Shown in pieces: positions 48,265 to 58,912 of a stretch of 64,000 bases of DNA. The position numbers and the translations under genes are program-made. How positions within the stretch are numbered: the stretch's first letter is position 1; each line of letters opens with the position of its first letter. The notes below the pieces were generated by a model. The model worked only from the letters and a program-made list of their open reading frames with translations. It made no database searches and was not told the DNA's origin. Location of the stretch: positions 32,001 through 96,000 of the forward strand of contig BTWA01000017.1 of assembly GCA_045863295.1 (NCBI GenBank), in the 5' to 3' direction. The DNA is from Candidatus Hydrogenedentota bacterium (GTDB lineage Bacteria > Hydrogenedentota > Hydrogenedentia > Hydrogenedentales > SLHB01).

Positions 48265-49632
48265 ATGTTTTGTGACCGCATCACCCGCTTGACGTTAACG
48301 GTAACGGCCTTTGCGTTTACTTTGTGTACCAGCGCACTTGCAACGCCTTTGGACGATTATGTGGCCAAGCCGGACCCGGCTTTCTCGTATGACCTCGATC
48401 CCGCCAATGTCGTGGAGAATGAGAAGTTTACGGCCAAGACCTACCATTTGGTTTCTCAAACGTGGCTTACGGAGGGCCAAGTCGACCGGACCAAGTGGGA
48501 ACACTGGGTGATCGTGTACGTGCCCAAGGAATTGGAGCATGAGACCGCGCTCGTCTTCATTAACGGCGGCAGCAACGGCGGCGACGCCCCCAAGGCCGAT
48601 GGCCCGTTGGGGCAAGTTGCCGTGATGACAAAATCGATTCTGGTCGATGTGAAGCAGATCCCCAATCAGCCATTGAAATTCCCCGACGAGCAGGACGAGC
48701 GTTACAAGGAACGCGGCCGTAGCGAAGACGCGATGATCACCTACGGCTGGGACAAGTTTCTGGTCGGCGGCGATCCCATTTGGCTGGCGCGCCTTCCCAT
48801 GACCAAAGCCGTCGTGCGCGCGATGGACATGGCCCAAAAAGAGAATCCGACGATTAAGAACTTCTTCATCTGCGGCGGATCCAAGCGCGGCTGGACCACG
48901 TGGACGACAGCGGCCGTGGACAAGCGCGTCATCGGTATCGCGCCGGCCGTGATCGACGTCCTTAACCTTGCCAAGTCATTGGACAATCATTTCGATTCAT
49001 ACGGCTTCTGGGCGCCGGCGGTGGGCGACTATGTCGATATGAACATTCTTCCTCGCCGCCATACGCCGGAGTTTGCGAAGCTGGAAGCAGTCGTCGATCC
49101 CATCACCTATGTCGACCGGCTCACCATGCCGAAATACATCATGAACGGCACCGGCGATCAGTTCTTCCCGCCGGATTCGTGGAAACTCTATTTCGACGAC
49201 CTCAAAGGCGAGAAGTACTTACGGTACATTCCCAACACCGATCATGGATTGAATCTGGATGCCTACACGAACATGGCTTCGTTCTATCATGCGGTGATGA
49301 CCGGAACTCCCCGCCCCCGGTTTGCCTGGAAACAGATGGACGACGGCCAACTCGAAATTCGCTGCATCGACAAGCCCACGAAAATCCTGCTCTGGCAGGC
49401 CACCAATCCCGCTGCCCGTGATTTCCGGGTGGAGTCCGTGGGCAAAATCTACACCAGCACCCCGGCTGAAGAAGTGGAACCCGGCATCTACCGCACAAAT
49501 GTGGCTGTGCCGGAAAAAGGCTGGACAGCGTTTTTGCTTGAATTGGAATTCCCCAACCCGAACTTCACCAGCCCATTCAAGTTCACGACAGGCGTAAGCA
49601 TCTTGCCGGATACGTATCCGGGCCGGAAATAG
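48265..49632 (+). CDS. PhoPQ-activated pathogenicity-related (PqaA) family secreted alpha/beta hydrolase
   Basis: TPLDDYVAKPD, SQTW, QIPNQPL, RLPMTKA, GGSKRGWTTW, GDQFFPPD, IPNTDH. Confidence 0.88.
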   Translation: MFCDRITRLTLTVTAFAFTLCTSALATPLDDYVAKPDPAFSYDLDPANVVENEKFTAKTYHLVSQTWLTEGQVDRTKWEHWVIVYVPKELEHETALVFINGGSNGGDAPKADGPLGQVAVMTKSILVDVKQIPNQPLKFPDEQDERYKERGRSEDAMITYGWDKFLVGGDPIWLARLPMTKAVVRAMDMAQKENPTIKNFFICGGSKRGWTTWTTAAVDKRVIGIAPAVIDVLNLAKSLDNHFDSYGFWAPAVGDYVDMNILPRRHTPEFAKLEAVVDPITYVDRLTMPKYIMNGTGDQFFPPDSWKLYFDDLKGEKYLRYIPNTDHGLNLDAYTNMASFYHAVMTGTPRPRFAWKQMDDGQLEIRCIDKPTKILLWQATNPAARDFRVESVGKIYTSTPAEEVEPGIYRTNVAVPEKGWTAFLLELEFPNPNFTSPFKFTTGVSILPDTYPGRK

Positions 49633-49651
49633 TTCTCATCAATAACGACCA

Positions 49652-49684
49652 ACGCCCCCGGATCCCTGCGGGATCCGGGGGCGT
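49652..49684. terminator. Perfect 15-bp GC-rich hairpin between convergent genes
   Basis: ACGCCCCCGGATCCC-TGC-GGGATCCGGGGGCGT, without a clear U-tract. Confidence 0.55.
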
Positions 49685-49695
49685 GTATGTTTCCG

Positions 49696-51945
49696 CTACT
49701 TGATCGGCAGTTGTGGCCGTTGCGGGCCCTCGTAGGGTTTCGCACCCAATTGCAGGCCGCGTTCGGGGACGGAGATGAGGTCCGGGTCCGTTGTGGCCGG
49801 GGCTTCGATTAGCCCGTAATAGCGGCCCATCCAATACACTTCCAACCAGCCCGAGGGATCGGTGACGCCCAATGCACGGCCTGGCGAATCGGGCACGGTC
49901 CAATCGCGGTTGTGGCGCTTGGGTCCGACTTCGCGCGGGCTGAACGGGCGGATGCGTTCGGCATAACTGCGGTAGCCGTCGGGGGTGCGGATGTCGTCCC
50001 GGTGGGAATTGAACTGTGGATGGCTGACAAGATCGAGCGGCCATTCGCGCAGGTGTTTCACGCCGTGCGCCGTTTCGCCCTCGTTACCCGTGACGGCGGA
50101 GTAGATGAAACTGTACCACGGCGCGCTGTCCATGCGCTTCACTTCGAAGCTACGCTCAATACTGCGCAACCACAACGATTTCAGATCAGGATCGGTTTCG
50201 TAGCGAATGAGCGGGTAATACACGAGGAACGCGAGGCGATCGTCGAAATCGGTGTAGTAACCGGGATGAAATGTGAGCTTCTGACGGACGACTTCGTTCT
50301 GCCGGCCGAGTTTCAGCAATTCGTCCTTGCCGCCCTTGAATCGGTCTTCTTTTGTGAAGTGATACGCGGTGGTCATGTAGCTCAAGGCTTCCATGCCGTT
50401 CAGCCCGCGGGCGTACATACCGTAGGGCGAATCCAAGTAGGCTGGATCCCACCGTGCCCAGCGTGTGGGCTGGCCGTCGGTATCGCGCAGCACGAAGCCG
50501 TTGTCCACGATGTGTCCAAATACCCGCGAGATATGCTGGATGGCCATATCCCGCTCAGGGCCTTCGGCAACCAGTTCGAGAAAGAGCGACACGGCGTAGA
50601 GGTGCGCATCGGTTTCGTCACTTGACGTGTCACCTTTCCATTCAAACAGGCCGTCCGGCGTGGGGTTCCATTCCGCGGGCAGGCCGCCGGACCCTTCCAT
50701 CGCCTTCGTTGCATTATCTCCTACCACCCAGATGCAGCGTGCCGGAAAGCCTGGAACGGAGGTGATTTCCTCGCTCCACTTCACGGTCGTCATCACGTTC
50801 ACGGCTTCCGCGCGCGCGGCGGGGTCTTTGGTCACCGCGTACTCGAAACATTTCGCGGCGAGGTAGTGGCAAGTGAAGCCCACGTCGTTGTCGCCAATGC
50901 TGCGCAGCCATTCACCGTCGCGGTAGTTCAGGGAATGCGTGAAACCCAGGCGGCGCATGCCCCATTCGTTCAAGAACCGCTCGTAGTACGCCGCCTTCTT
51001 GCGCAACGTATAAGGCTCAAAGCCCACGATACCGAGACCGCCATCGGTCGCAATGTAAGCCACCTTCTCTCCGACAGCAATCGCGTTCACTTTGTCGTTG
51101 GGAATCCAGCGCTCGTAGCCATAGTATTGATACTCTCCATCGACATTTCGAATGGCCCCGCGCATCGTTCCAATCCAGATATCGTCCGCGAAACCGTGGG
51201 TGAGCGAGTTGGTGTCTTCGTAACAAAGGCCATCTTCGCCTCTGATGTTGTACCACGTCATGCCGCGCAGTTCGGAGAGGCCCTCATCGGTGGCGACCAG
51301 GAGGCGGCCGCCATCGGTAAGGATGTCGCGCGTGGTCGCGCCCATAGGGATATCGCCCCAATCGGCAACGTCGTCGTATTCGAATTGATCTTTCACGACG
51401 AGACCGATCCGTTTTTCATGCCGCACATAGATGGTGCCGCTGTACGAAGCAACGCCTAGCACGGGATCGCGCCCGCCCTCGACGACAGCCGTCAGATCTT
51501 CTCCGTCCACCCTATACACGCCATTGCCCGAAGCCACGACGATCCCGCCGAGGTGTTCGGCCATGTCCGAAATCGGTAGTTTGCCGATTCGTTTCCAGTT
51601 TTGGCCGTCGAATGTTTGCAGACCCTCGGCTGTCGCAGCGTAGAGTACTCCGCCGAGGACCTTAAGTTTCGACACGCCGCCCTTGATGCCTTCGGCTTGC
51701 TTCAGTTCGCTGCCTTCCAGACGGTTCACACCTTTGTCATCACCGGTATAGAGCACGCCCTGAAACACGGCGGCTGCCACGATGGGCTTCTCCGTGCGCA
51801 CAATCGTGCTTGTGTCCTGGAGATAGACCTCGTCGGCAACGGATTTCCAGGTGGGGTTCGCGGGGATGGCCAGTTCGGCGCCCGCGGGCAGGAGCGCAAA
51901 GGCCATCCATGCAATGGTCACTACTGCGGATTGAAATGATTTCAT
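49696..51945 (-). CDS. Secreted protein with an N-terminal beta-propeller and a C-terminal helical (alpha/alpha-barrel hydrolase-like) domain
   Basis: Signal peptide; propeller repeats (ATDEGL, WIGTMRGA, IATDGGL); C-terminal WKGDTSSDE and TRWARW motifs. Confidence 0.7.
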   Translation of the reverse strand: MKSFQSAVVTIAWMAFALLPAGAELAIPANPTWKSVADEVYLQDTSTIVRTEKPIVAAAVFQGVLYTGDDKGVNRLEGSELKQAEGIKGGVSKLKVLGGVLYAATAEGLQTFDGQNWKRIGKLPISDMAEHLGGIVVASGNGVYRVDGEDLTAVVEGGRDPVLGVASYSGTIYVRHEKRIGLVVKDQFEYDDVADWGDIPMGATTRDILTDGGRLLVATDEGLSELRGMTWYNIRGEDGLCYEDTNSLTHGFADDIWIGTMRGAIRNVDGEYQYYGYERWIPNDKVNAIAVGEKVAYIATDGGLGIVGFEPYTLRKKAAYYERFLNEWGMRRLGFTHSLNYRDGEWLRSIGDNDVGFTCHYLAAKCFEYAVTKDPAARAEAVNVMTTVKWSEEITSVPGFPARCIWVVGDNATKAMEGSGGLPAEWNPTPDGLFEWKGDTSSDETDAHLYAVSLFLELVAEGPERDMAIQHISRVFGHIVDNGFVLRDTDGQPTRWARWDPAYLDSPYGMYARGLNGMEALSYMTTAYHFTKEDRFKGGKDELLKLGRQNEVVRQKLTFHPGYYTDFDDRLAFLVYYPLIRYETDPDLKSLWLRSIERSFEVKRMDSAPWYSFIYSAVTGNEGETAHGVKHLREWPLDLVSHPQFNSHRDDIRTPDGYRSYAERIRPFSPREVGPKRHNRDWTVPDSPGRALGVTDPSGWLEVYWMGRYYGLIEAPATTDPDLISVPERGLQLGAKPYEGPQRPQLPIK

Positions 51946-52060
51946 GGTGAATCGCCTAGGTTAAGGATTTCCCAAAAACAACTAGGGGTACTTTAACGAT
52001 TGAAACTGAAAAATGGTACTTTGTCCAGGCAGGTCAACAAGAACGCCGCAAACAATCGAA

Positions 52061-53386
52061 TTACTCGGGCCGGGGAGGCACAGTGGGAGATTCTTTTCGA
52101 AGTCGCATGGCGACGACTGCGGAAACTGCAAAGAGGACCATGTAGTAAACGCAGAAGGTAAGCTGTTTCCATTCTGAGACGGGCCCGGTTACCAGCAAGG
52201 CAAGGGCATTGAGCACCACAAATACCAGCCACATTACTTTCCAGTCGTGCGGAAATACGTCACCTTCATAGTGGCGGGGCAGCCGTTTGAGATAAATCAA
52301 AAGCAAGATGGCTGCAAGCGTTATCAGCATGGCCGGACCGATTATGCGCCAGAAGAACGCAGACCAATAATCTTCGTTGCCAAGATAGATGTTCGCCCAG
52401 CCTTTAAGCCCGTTTCGGATGGAGAGACCCAATCCCAGGAGCAGCCCTAGATAGCACCCCAATCGCTCAAGGTTGGGGCGCTGATTCGTCAGTTGCGCGC
52501 CCAGTGCCGCGCGGTCATGGTCGTTGAGAGGCCGGTTCACCAAATAATACGCCACACCCAATCCGATGCCGATGCTCATGCCGCCAGTCGATTCCCAACA
52601 ACGCCACCAGTTGAAGGCCCCGCCCCACCACCGTTCGGCCCACGTCCAATTCTGCAGCAGGGACCAGCCGATCCCGTTTAACAGGCCGACCGTGGCAATC
52701 AGCACCACATTTCTCCAGTCGCGGCGGCAGACTTCGAACAGAAGAAATCCCAGATACATCCCAAGATGACAGATGGCCGCGCGGTTGTCGTTCACGAGCC
52801 GGCGCAGACTGGGGTTCGCCTGAAAATCCTTGTACTGGTCTTCAATGACACTGTAAAGCGGGAGAAAGTACTGGGGATAATGCCGGAAAAGTTGCAGCGC
52901 GATGTAGTACCCGCCGACGCCGAATGCGATGCGGAGTGGCCACTGCCACCACCGCGCATGCCGCGATCCGCACCATGCCAACAAGCACGCCCCGAGTCCG
53001 CCCCACGGAACGCCGGAAATGAATTGCCAAAGAAATCCGTAGGCGGGCGATATGGGCGTAAACTCTCCAGCCGCATAGTTCGTGCTGAGGCGTCCATCGA
53101 AGAAGTGAGTCCATTGCGCCCAGCCGCGTCCGCCGGCAAACCCCACGCCGATAGTCATCGCCAGAACAATCCACCCGGAAGTGTAAGGCCGGGATTGCGT
53201 GCCACGCGGTTCTCGCGAAATAAACCACCACGCCGTGCCCCACATGACGCCGGCGAAGATGCAGCCCTGTGTGCCGCCGTATCCCGAACTGCCTCGGACG
53301 GCCCACGTCATGCCGCCAAGAGCGGCAAAGAGAACGATGGGCAGGACCAGATCGCGTGCGAGATTTCCCGGAGTCGCGTTACGCAT
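52061..53386 (-). CDS. Hypothetical polytopic membrane protein
   Basis: 441-aa ORF with many Gly/Trp-rich TM segments. Confidence 0.75.
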   Translation of the reverse strand: MRNATPGNLARDLVLPIVLFAALGGMTWAVRGSSGYGGTQGCIFAGVMWGTAWWFISREPRGTQSRPYTSGWIVLAMTIGVGFAGGRGWAQWTHFFDGRLSTNYAAGEFTPISPAYGFLWQFISGVPWGGLGACLLAWCGSRHARWWQWPLRIAFGVGGYYIALQLFRHYPQYFLPLYSVIEDQYKDFQANPSLRRLVNDNRAAICHLGMYLGFLLFEVCRRDWRNVVLIATVGLLNGIGWSLLQNWTWAERWWGGAFNWWRCWESTGGMSIGIGLGVAYYLVNRPLNDHDRAALGAQLTNQRPNLERLGCYLGLLLGLGLSIRNGLKGWANIYLGNEDYWSAFFWRIIGPAMLITLAAILLLIYLKRLPRHYEGDVFPHDWKVMWLVFVVLNALALLVTGPVSEWKQLTFCVYYMVLFAVSAVVAMRLRKESPTVPPRPE

Positions 53387-53443
53387 CCGGACACAGTAGT
53401 GTCTTCAGACGGCAATCTTCAACCGTGATTTCACGTGCCGCAA

Positions 53444-54202
53444 TCATTCGGATGGGTATACGATGCGGAATAGCGGCAGCATGGATCCCACAACCATAAA
53501 CAATAGCCACAGAATTCCGCCGCCCAACACCACACGCTCAAAGCCTGTTCTAAATCGAGCGTTGCAGGCGTTGGCGTAGATCGTTCGCAGGAGAATGGAA
53601 ACAATTGCCACGATTGCCAAGCTGAACGGCAGCGCTTCCTTTTCAATGGCGTAACTTCGATAGGTATGCAAGCAGTCAACGGCTCGACCGGAAACGGTCC
53701 CTTGGAATTCCGAGGACCAGACGGTGAACTTCGCATCTTCATATATGTTCAACAAAAGGGGGAGTGCCAGTATGCTGAACAATACCGGAATCGCGAACAG
53801 CACGGCGATCAAGACGGCCGTAAATGCATTGACATGGCCGCTCGATCGAAAGGCCTTTCCTTGCTCCGGATTGTCCCACGGAAGCAGTATCGCGGCCAGG
53901 ATATACAGAAGCCCTGTAAACGCGCCCAGCATGGGGAGAGTCAGCAATAGAAAAATGCGGATCACATTCGGATCCACTCCGAAATACGATGCAAAGCCCG
54001 CGCAGACTCCGAATATGCGCCCTTGATCCAGGCTTTTCGCCAATTTCTTTGATGTGGCCGCTTCAACAGGCAATCTCGCGGCGCCGGGTTTATCGCCGCC
54101 GCGCATGGCGCTCCAGAGCGTATGGTAGTCATCTTCCGTGATACTCCCGTCGCTCAGCATTTGATTCAGCTTGTCGATGGACGTCGATTCAGACTGGCTC
54201 AT
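53444..54202 (-). CDS. PspC-domain membrane protein with an N-terminal SHOCT-like helix pair
   Basis: LAKSLDQGRIFGVCAGFASYFGVDPNVIRI...LYILAAILLP (PspC); N-terminal KLNQMLSDGSITEDDY. Confidence 0.85.
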   Translation of the reverse strand: MSQSESTSIDKLNQMLSDGSITEDDYHTLWSAMRGGDKPGAARLPVEAATSKKLAKSLDQGRIFGVCAGFASYFGVDPNVIRIFLLLTLPMLGAFTGLLYILAAILLPWDNPEQGKAFRSSGHVNAFTAVLIAVLFAIPVLFSILALPLLLNIYEDAKFTVWSSEFQGTVSGRAVDCLHTYRSYAIEKEALPFSLAIVAIVSILLRTIYANACNARFRTGFERVVLGGGILWLLFMVVGSMLPLFRIVYPSE

Positions 54203-54207
54203 GGCGC

Positions 54208-54600
54208 TTACCCTTTCTTCGGGTCCAAATGGGAGTGGGATACATTCTCAAGTTGGCGGGCCGCGTCGTCCAGGCTCATTTCGCCGCGCTGCAAGCGATC
54301 CAGTACAGCCTTGCGCTCCTGTTCTTTGCGATGCAGAAGGCCATAGGCCTCGATAATGCGATCAAGCCGGCTGCGGATTGCCGTGTAGCCCAGACCGGAT
54401 TCTTCGGCCAACGCCTTGATGCTGAATTGGGCCAGGAGGTATTTCTCCAGAAAATGCAGATCGTCGGCCGCCAATCGCTGAAACTGGGTCTCCCGGAATT
54501 GACCTCGAACCTCGACATGGCACTGGTCGCATTCCATGACGATGGTTCGCATCGCGGCACCGCAATAAGGGCAATCCGACTTGGGCAGCAAGTAGTTCAT
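54208..54600 (-). CDS. DUF2089 family protein (Zn ribbon, HTH, SHOCT-like)
   Basis: CPYCG...CDQC...RGQF, SIKALAEESGLGYTAIRSRLDRII, VLDRLQRGEMSLDDAARQL. Confidence 0.85.
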   Translation of the reverse strand: MNYLLPKSDCPYCGAAMRTIVMECDQCHVEVRGQFRETQFQRLAADDLHFLEKYLLAQFSIKALAEESGLGYTAIRSRLDRIIEAYGLLHRKEQERKAVLDRLQRGEMSLDDAARQLENVSHSHLDPKKG

Positions 54601-54606
54601 GACTCA

Positions 54607-54636
54607 ATTCTACGGGCAGATTCCCGCTCATGTCAA
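54607..54636 (-). promoter_or_regulatory. sigma70 promoter, probably leaderless, for DUF2089-pspC
   Basis: Minus strand TTGACA, 18 nt, TAGAAT, then only 6 nt before ATG 54600; no SD sequence. Confidence 0.6.
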
Positions 54637-54710
54637 TAAAATTTTGATTCAATGGTCTTTGAAGCAATTAAAATTTGATTATTATAGCAAGTTACAATAA
54701 AAAATTAACC
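54634..54710. repeat. Three AT-rich 16-bp boxes at 30-31 bp spacing (candidate operators)
   Basis: CAATAAAATTTTGATT (54634), CAATTAAAATTTGATT (54665), CAATAAAAAATTAACC (54695). Confidence 0.55.
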
Positions 54711-55276
54711 TCCTGGGTTTGCTGCCGCCGGCTTTGGGTCGCTGTTGTACAAGCGAACGGTGGGACTGAATTCTTGCTGGAGTGGCAACGATATTAGGCC
54801 GCACAGGATGGACTCATGACCCCAAACCATACGCCTGGCTGAACGCGAATCGTGCAAAACGGTGGAACTCCAGGGCTTGGTTTACTACGGCGAAGAATCC
54901 CAACCTACTGTGTAAAATATGGCAGCCAAGCCACTTACAGCGGTCAAGAAAGTCCGTGCAGTAGTCAAAGCGTTGCCAAAACCGAGTTTGTGGCGTAGAA
55001 TTAAATCGATGGCACTGCGTCGAAGCGCCGGTGACAGTCGTGAGTTAGGCGCAGCAATCGACGCGTTGTTCGAGGGGGAGTGTCTGCTTCGCACCTAGTT
55101 GCAGTCACGTGTACGCGAAGTCTGAAGAGGGGAAGCAATGTCCGGGCACGTCAGGCTATCCTGTGCCTTGTGTTGTCATCGGGCCGTCGAGTGTCGCTGA
55201 ATTTTGGGCCTAACCAGACCGGGGTGACGTAACGTTTGGGTCCGGAGTCGCGCGCATTCGGAAAGACGTTCATTCC

Positions 55277-57286
55277 ATGCCACTCACATGTGAAGTGTCC
55301 GCCAAACAATATACCGTGGTGGCCTTTAGAGAAGGCGAAGCCGATCGCTGGGTTGTCCTCAACGGGTCCCGCTGCACCATCGGACGTTCCAAGCAATGCA
55401 CGCTTTGCATTCCCGATCCCACCGTATCCAGAGAGCATGCAATCATCTCTATACGAAACGGGGGTTTCCTGCACATTGAGGATTGCGGGTCAACCAATGG
55501 CGTGTTCGTGAATGGCGAGCAGGTGGCCAGTAGCGTGATTCGCGCGGGCGACTTCATTACGGTGGGCGTGTATACCATCGTAGTGCGCGTGATTGAATCC
55601 GACGAAGAATCTGCTGGCAGCACGGAGAGTACGCACCCGCCCGAAACCCTGGTTCAAAAAGCCGATTCTTCACATCGATTGCGCGACGCGTTTGAGATCA
55701 AACATTCCGCCGAGCATTACCGAGCGTTATATCAAGTGTCGCTCCTGATGGGCGAACGGGCGGACATCCGCACGCTGGTCCGTCAAGCATTGGCGGTCAT
55801 TTTGAAGGCACTACCCGCAAAGCGCGCCGCAGTGATCGCACGCTTTGTCGGCAACAAGGACAATAACCTTAGTGAGTTGGTATGTCTGGATCCGGAGAAC
55901 CCTAGTCCTCCAATCAGTGAGGCCTTGATTGAATTTGCCATGCGACGAAGTTCTGGTGTGCTCATGTCTGATTTTGGACACGACCGCAGGACGACGGCGG
56001 ACATCAACGAATTAACCGGGGCGCGCGGTCCGTTTATCTGCGTGCCCTTGGGCGGATCCAAGAAACAGTTTGGGATTCTCTATGTGGACGGATGCTTGGA
56101 GGGGTATCCCTTTACCAAGCAGGAACTGCAGTTTCTGACTGCGTCCGGGCACGTTCTGGCCATGTCCATAGAAAACAAAGACTTGGTGGACCGCGTAGTC
56201 CGACAGGAGCGCATGGCAGCGCTTGGACACGGGATTGCGGGGATTTCACATGATGTCCGCAATGTGTTGACTGGTATAAAAGTGGGTGTCGACATGATTT
56301 CGTCGGAAGACAACGGATCCAAACCAGTTGTATCCGATCGGGCTGTTCGCCTGATTCGAAGGTCCACTGACCAAGTTGAAGCGTACCTGTCGGAATTGTT
56401 GGATTATGTGCGACGGAATCATATTGTGAGAAAGCCCACGTATGTGAATGGGCTGATTCGTGATGCACTCGATTTGGTTCAGCCCCGTGCCAATCAGCAC
56501 GGCGTTCAGTTGACGTTTTCAGGCGGAGGGTATGAACCGGCCAATATCGACGGTACCCAGATGGCGCGCGTCATCAACAATTTGCTGAGGAATGGGGTGG
56601 ATGCCTGCGCAACCAATCAGGGCGCCGTTACCGTTGCGGTGTGGTCGCGATCCACGACTCTTTACATTCAAATCGCCGATACCGGCGCGGGGATTTCCAA
56701 ACAGGACATTGACCGCCTGTCAGAACCGTTCTTTACCAAGAAGGGATCGGCTGGAACCGGTCTCGGGCTTTCCATTAGTTATCGCATAGTTGAGCAACAC
56801 GGAGGGAATATCCACGTTGACAGCGAGTTGGGCAGAGGTACGACGTTTACAATAGTGTTGCCCGATTCCCTGGACGCGCATATCGATTTCATACCTCCAC
56901 AGCAGTCCTACGCGGAAGAGGGGTGCGCGTACAAGAAATGCCCGTATTGCGGCCATACGTGGCTTTCGCAAGACGAATTACTGCGCGATCCCGCGTGCGC
57001 GCTTGCGGGCTACAGGGCGCATTTTGAGAATTTGCCGTCCGGGCTGCTGTTGTTCAACCACGTATGCGGCACAACGCTGGCCTTTCCGGCTCAGGATTTT
57101 CTTCACCTGTACAACGGACCCGTCCACTCGGAAGCGTTAACAGGACAGCCTGAATGCCCGGGGCATTGCCTTCGGCAGGACTGTCTGGAAAACTGTGCGA
57201 ACGAGTGCGCTTGTGCACACATTCGTTCGCTGCTGCAAACCTTGCTGCGCTGGCCCAAGAATGCCGAACCGGACCAACACGGCTAG
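55277..57286 (+). CDS. FHA-GAF-histidine kinase with a C-terminal Cys-rich domain (paralogue 1)
   Basis: FHA (IGRS...VSREHA...DCGSTNG), GAF (CVPL...GILYVD), H-box GISHDVRN, N/G boxes (NLLRNG, DTGAG, FFTKK, GTGLGL). Confidence 0.9.
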   Translation: MPLTCEVSAKQYTVVAFREGEADRWVVLNGSRCTIGRSKQCTLCIPDPTVSREHAIISIRNGGFLHIEDCGSTNGVFVNGEQVASSVIRAGDFITVGVYTIVVRVIESDEESAGSTESTHPPETLVQKADSSHRLRDAFEIKHSAEHYRALYQVSLLMGERADIRTLVRQALAVILKALPAKRAAVIARFVGNKDNNLSELVCLDPENPSPPISEALIEFAMRRSSGVLMSDFGHDRRTTADINELTGARGPFICVPLGGSKKQFGILYVDGCLEGYPFTKQELQFLTASGHVLAMSIENKDLVDRVVRQERMAALGHGIAGISHDVRNVLTGIKVGVDMISSEDNGSKPVVSDRAVRLIRRSTDQVEAYLSELLDYVRRNHIVRKPTYVNGLIRDALDLVQPRANQHGVQLTFSGGGYEPANIDGTQMARVINNLLRNGVDACATNQGAVTVAVWSRSTTLYIQIADTGAGISKQDIDRLSEPFFTKKGSAGTGLGLSISYRIVEQHGGNIHVDSELGRGTTFTIVLPDSLDAHIDFIPPQQSYAEEGCAYKKCPYCGHTWLSQDELLRDPACALAGYRAHFENLPSGLLLFNHVCGTTLAFPAQDFLHLYNGPVHSEALTGQPECPGHCLRQDCLENCANECACAHIRSLLQTLLRWPKNAEPDQHG

Positions 57287-57345
57287 GCGAACCCATCCGC
57301 ATCATTCCCGGAACTTCATCTTTCATGTCGACCCTCCAGGCGCGA

Positions 57346-58341
57346 CTACGGTTGCTGCTCCACCCAGCGCCATTCCTCCCAGCGCAGAACGGCGCCTGGA
57401 CGTTCCACCGCCAATTCATACGTGCCGTCACCGTTCACGTCGGTGGGCTTAATAGACGCGTACTCACCGGGTTTGATCGAAGTGGTCGCGGTCTTCTCGG
57501 AGTCGAAGATCACAGTGGGTTTTCCATCCTTACGGGCCACAACGCAGCCTGCTTCGCGACCGCTGGCTGCCGTAAACGAAATAAACGCATCGTCCAGTTT
57601 ATCGCCGTCGAAATCGTGAAATTCGAGCTTGGGAATGGACTTCGCCGATGTCTCCGGCAATGGCATAACCGTGCCCGTAAATTCGTCATCGTCCGAATGT
57701 TGGATGAAGAGGGAAAAGGTGTCCATAAGCTGTAACGGCCCGTCGTTTTGGATGCCCAAGAGCAACACGGTGTTCTTCGCGGTGTCGGAATGAACAAATG
57801 CCTCTTTTCGTTGAAAGACGAGCGTTTCTTCCGAAAGTTTGTACCGATCCGTGGGGCTGAACCGTGACTTGGAAACATACATTTCCTTGTAGTCGCCGTA
57901 ATCCTGCAGGTCGTACCGAACGCCATCGTGGATCCAATTGGCGAAATACACGGAAGGCGCGCCCTCGTCGCTCTTTCCCTGACGGGGCATCCCCAAATAC
58001 GTGGAAATTTGATTTATAAGGACATCGCGGTCGGTGCCATCGTGGAAATGAATGGTCAATTGCATCACAACCAGCGGATCGCCGAGGGTCAACACATATT
58101 CGACTCGCAGAGGCTTTTCCGAACCAAACCATTTTTCTCCGTATTCCAAAGAGGCGAGAAACTTTCCTTCGGCACTTGAAGCATACTGTTCTTGTCCGCG
58201 GCCTTTTTGCTGGACAAGTTCGTCCGCAGACGTTCCGAAGATGGAAAATGGCGTCATGGGTGCCCAACCCGGATCCACGACCGATTCCGCCAAGACCATG
58301 GAGGAGTACAGAAGTATCACAACTGCAGCCGGCATTTTCAC
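57346..58341 (-). CDS. Hypothetical secreted protein with FG-GAP-like Ca-binding loops
   Basis: Signal peptide; DFDGDKLDD and DVNGDGTYE motifs. Confidence 0.65.
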   Translation of the reverse strand: MKMPAAVVILLYSSMVLAESVVDPGWAPMTPFSIFGTSADELVQQKGRGQEQYASSAEGKFLASLEYGEKWFGSEKPLRVEYVLTLGDPLVVMQLTIHFHDGTDRDVLINQISTYLGMPRQGKSDEGAPSVYFANWIHDGVRYDLQDYGDYKEMYVSKSRFSPTDRYKLSEETLVFQRKEAFVHSDTAKNTVLLLGIQNDGPLQLMDTFSLFIQHSDDDEFTGTVMPLPETSAKSIPKLEFHDFDGDKLDDAFISFTAASGREAGCVVARKDGKPTVIFDSEKTATTSIKPGEYASIKPTDVNGDGTYELAVERPGAVLRWEEWRWVEQQP

Positions 58342-58912
58342 GATGAGTATCCCTTAGAGGTTAGGTATGGCCGAGATCTGTTTCTGAAGATAGTATCCGA
58401 TCATTCCCACCCACCGCACTCAAGGCTTTTCCAGATTCAAATTGGGCGTATTCGGGCCGCCATTTGTCAATCAATATCTTGTGTGTTGAATACCAATCTA
58501 CCCAATATATCTGGATTTGCTCATAGACATGATCTGAATAAAAGTGATTTCCGGGTTTTGCCGGAGATGCCATCTCGATAATCTTGACACCATTTGGCAT
58601 TTTTTGCGAATTCACGATATAACTACTGTGCAGGTTTTTGGCTTCCGTTCAAAGCGGTGCCAGACGGGGTCCAAATTCGACACAGCCGGTGTACGAGACG
58701 ATTTCTTCGGTCCACTCGCTTTAAGAGGCGCGCTCTGGCCGATTCTTCAGGAATCGCGGTTGTACACACGGTGGAGATGCAGGCGTGCGCACAGAAATAC
58801 GTTGCCGCTGCCGATTGAGAAGCCTCCCGGGCTTTCTGCGCTCTCCAGGTGTGGCTCGCCAATCCTTCCATTCGCGATTTTGGGTCTGTCAACCCGGAGC
58901 AGCGGTGAAGTC

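Noticed and set aside
58361..58615. 84-aa ORF upstream of the secreted protein
   Set aside because: AT-richer and possibly a gene remnant, but it has no motif or clear start, so it cannot be supported.
58544..58912. 123-aa N-terminal extension of kinase paralogue 2
   Set aside because: Absent from paralogue 1 and not protein-like in composition; the true start is likely ATG 58913.
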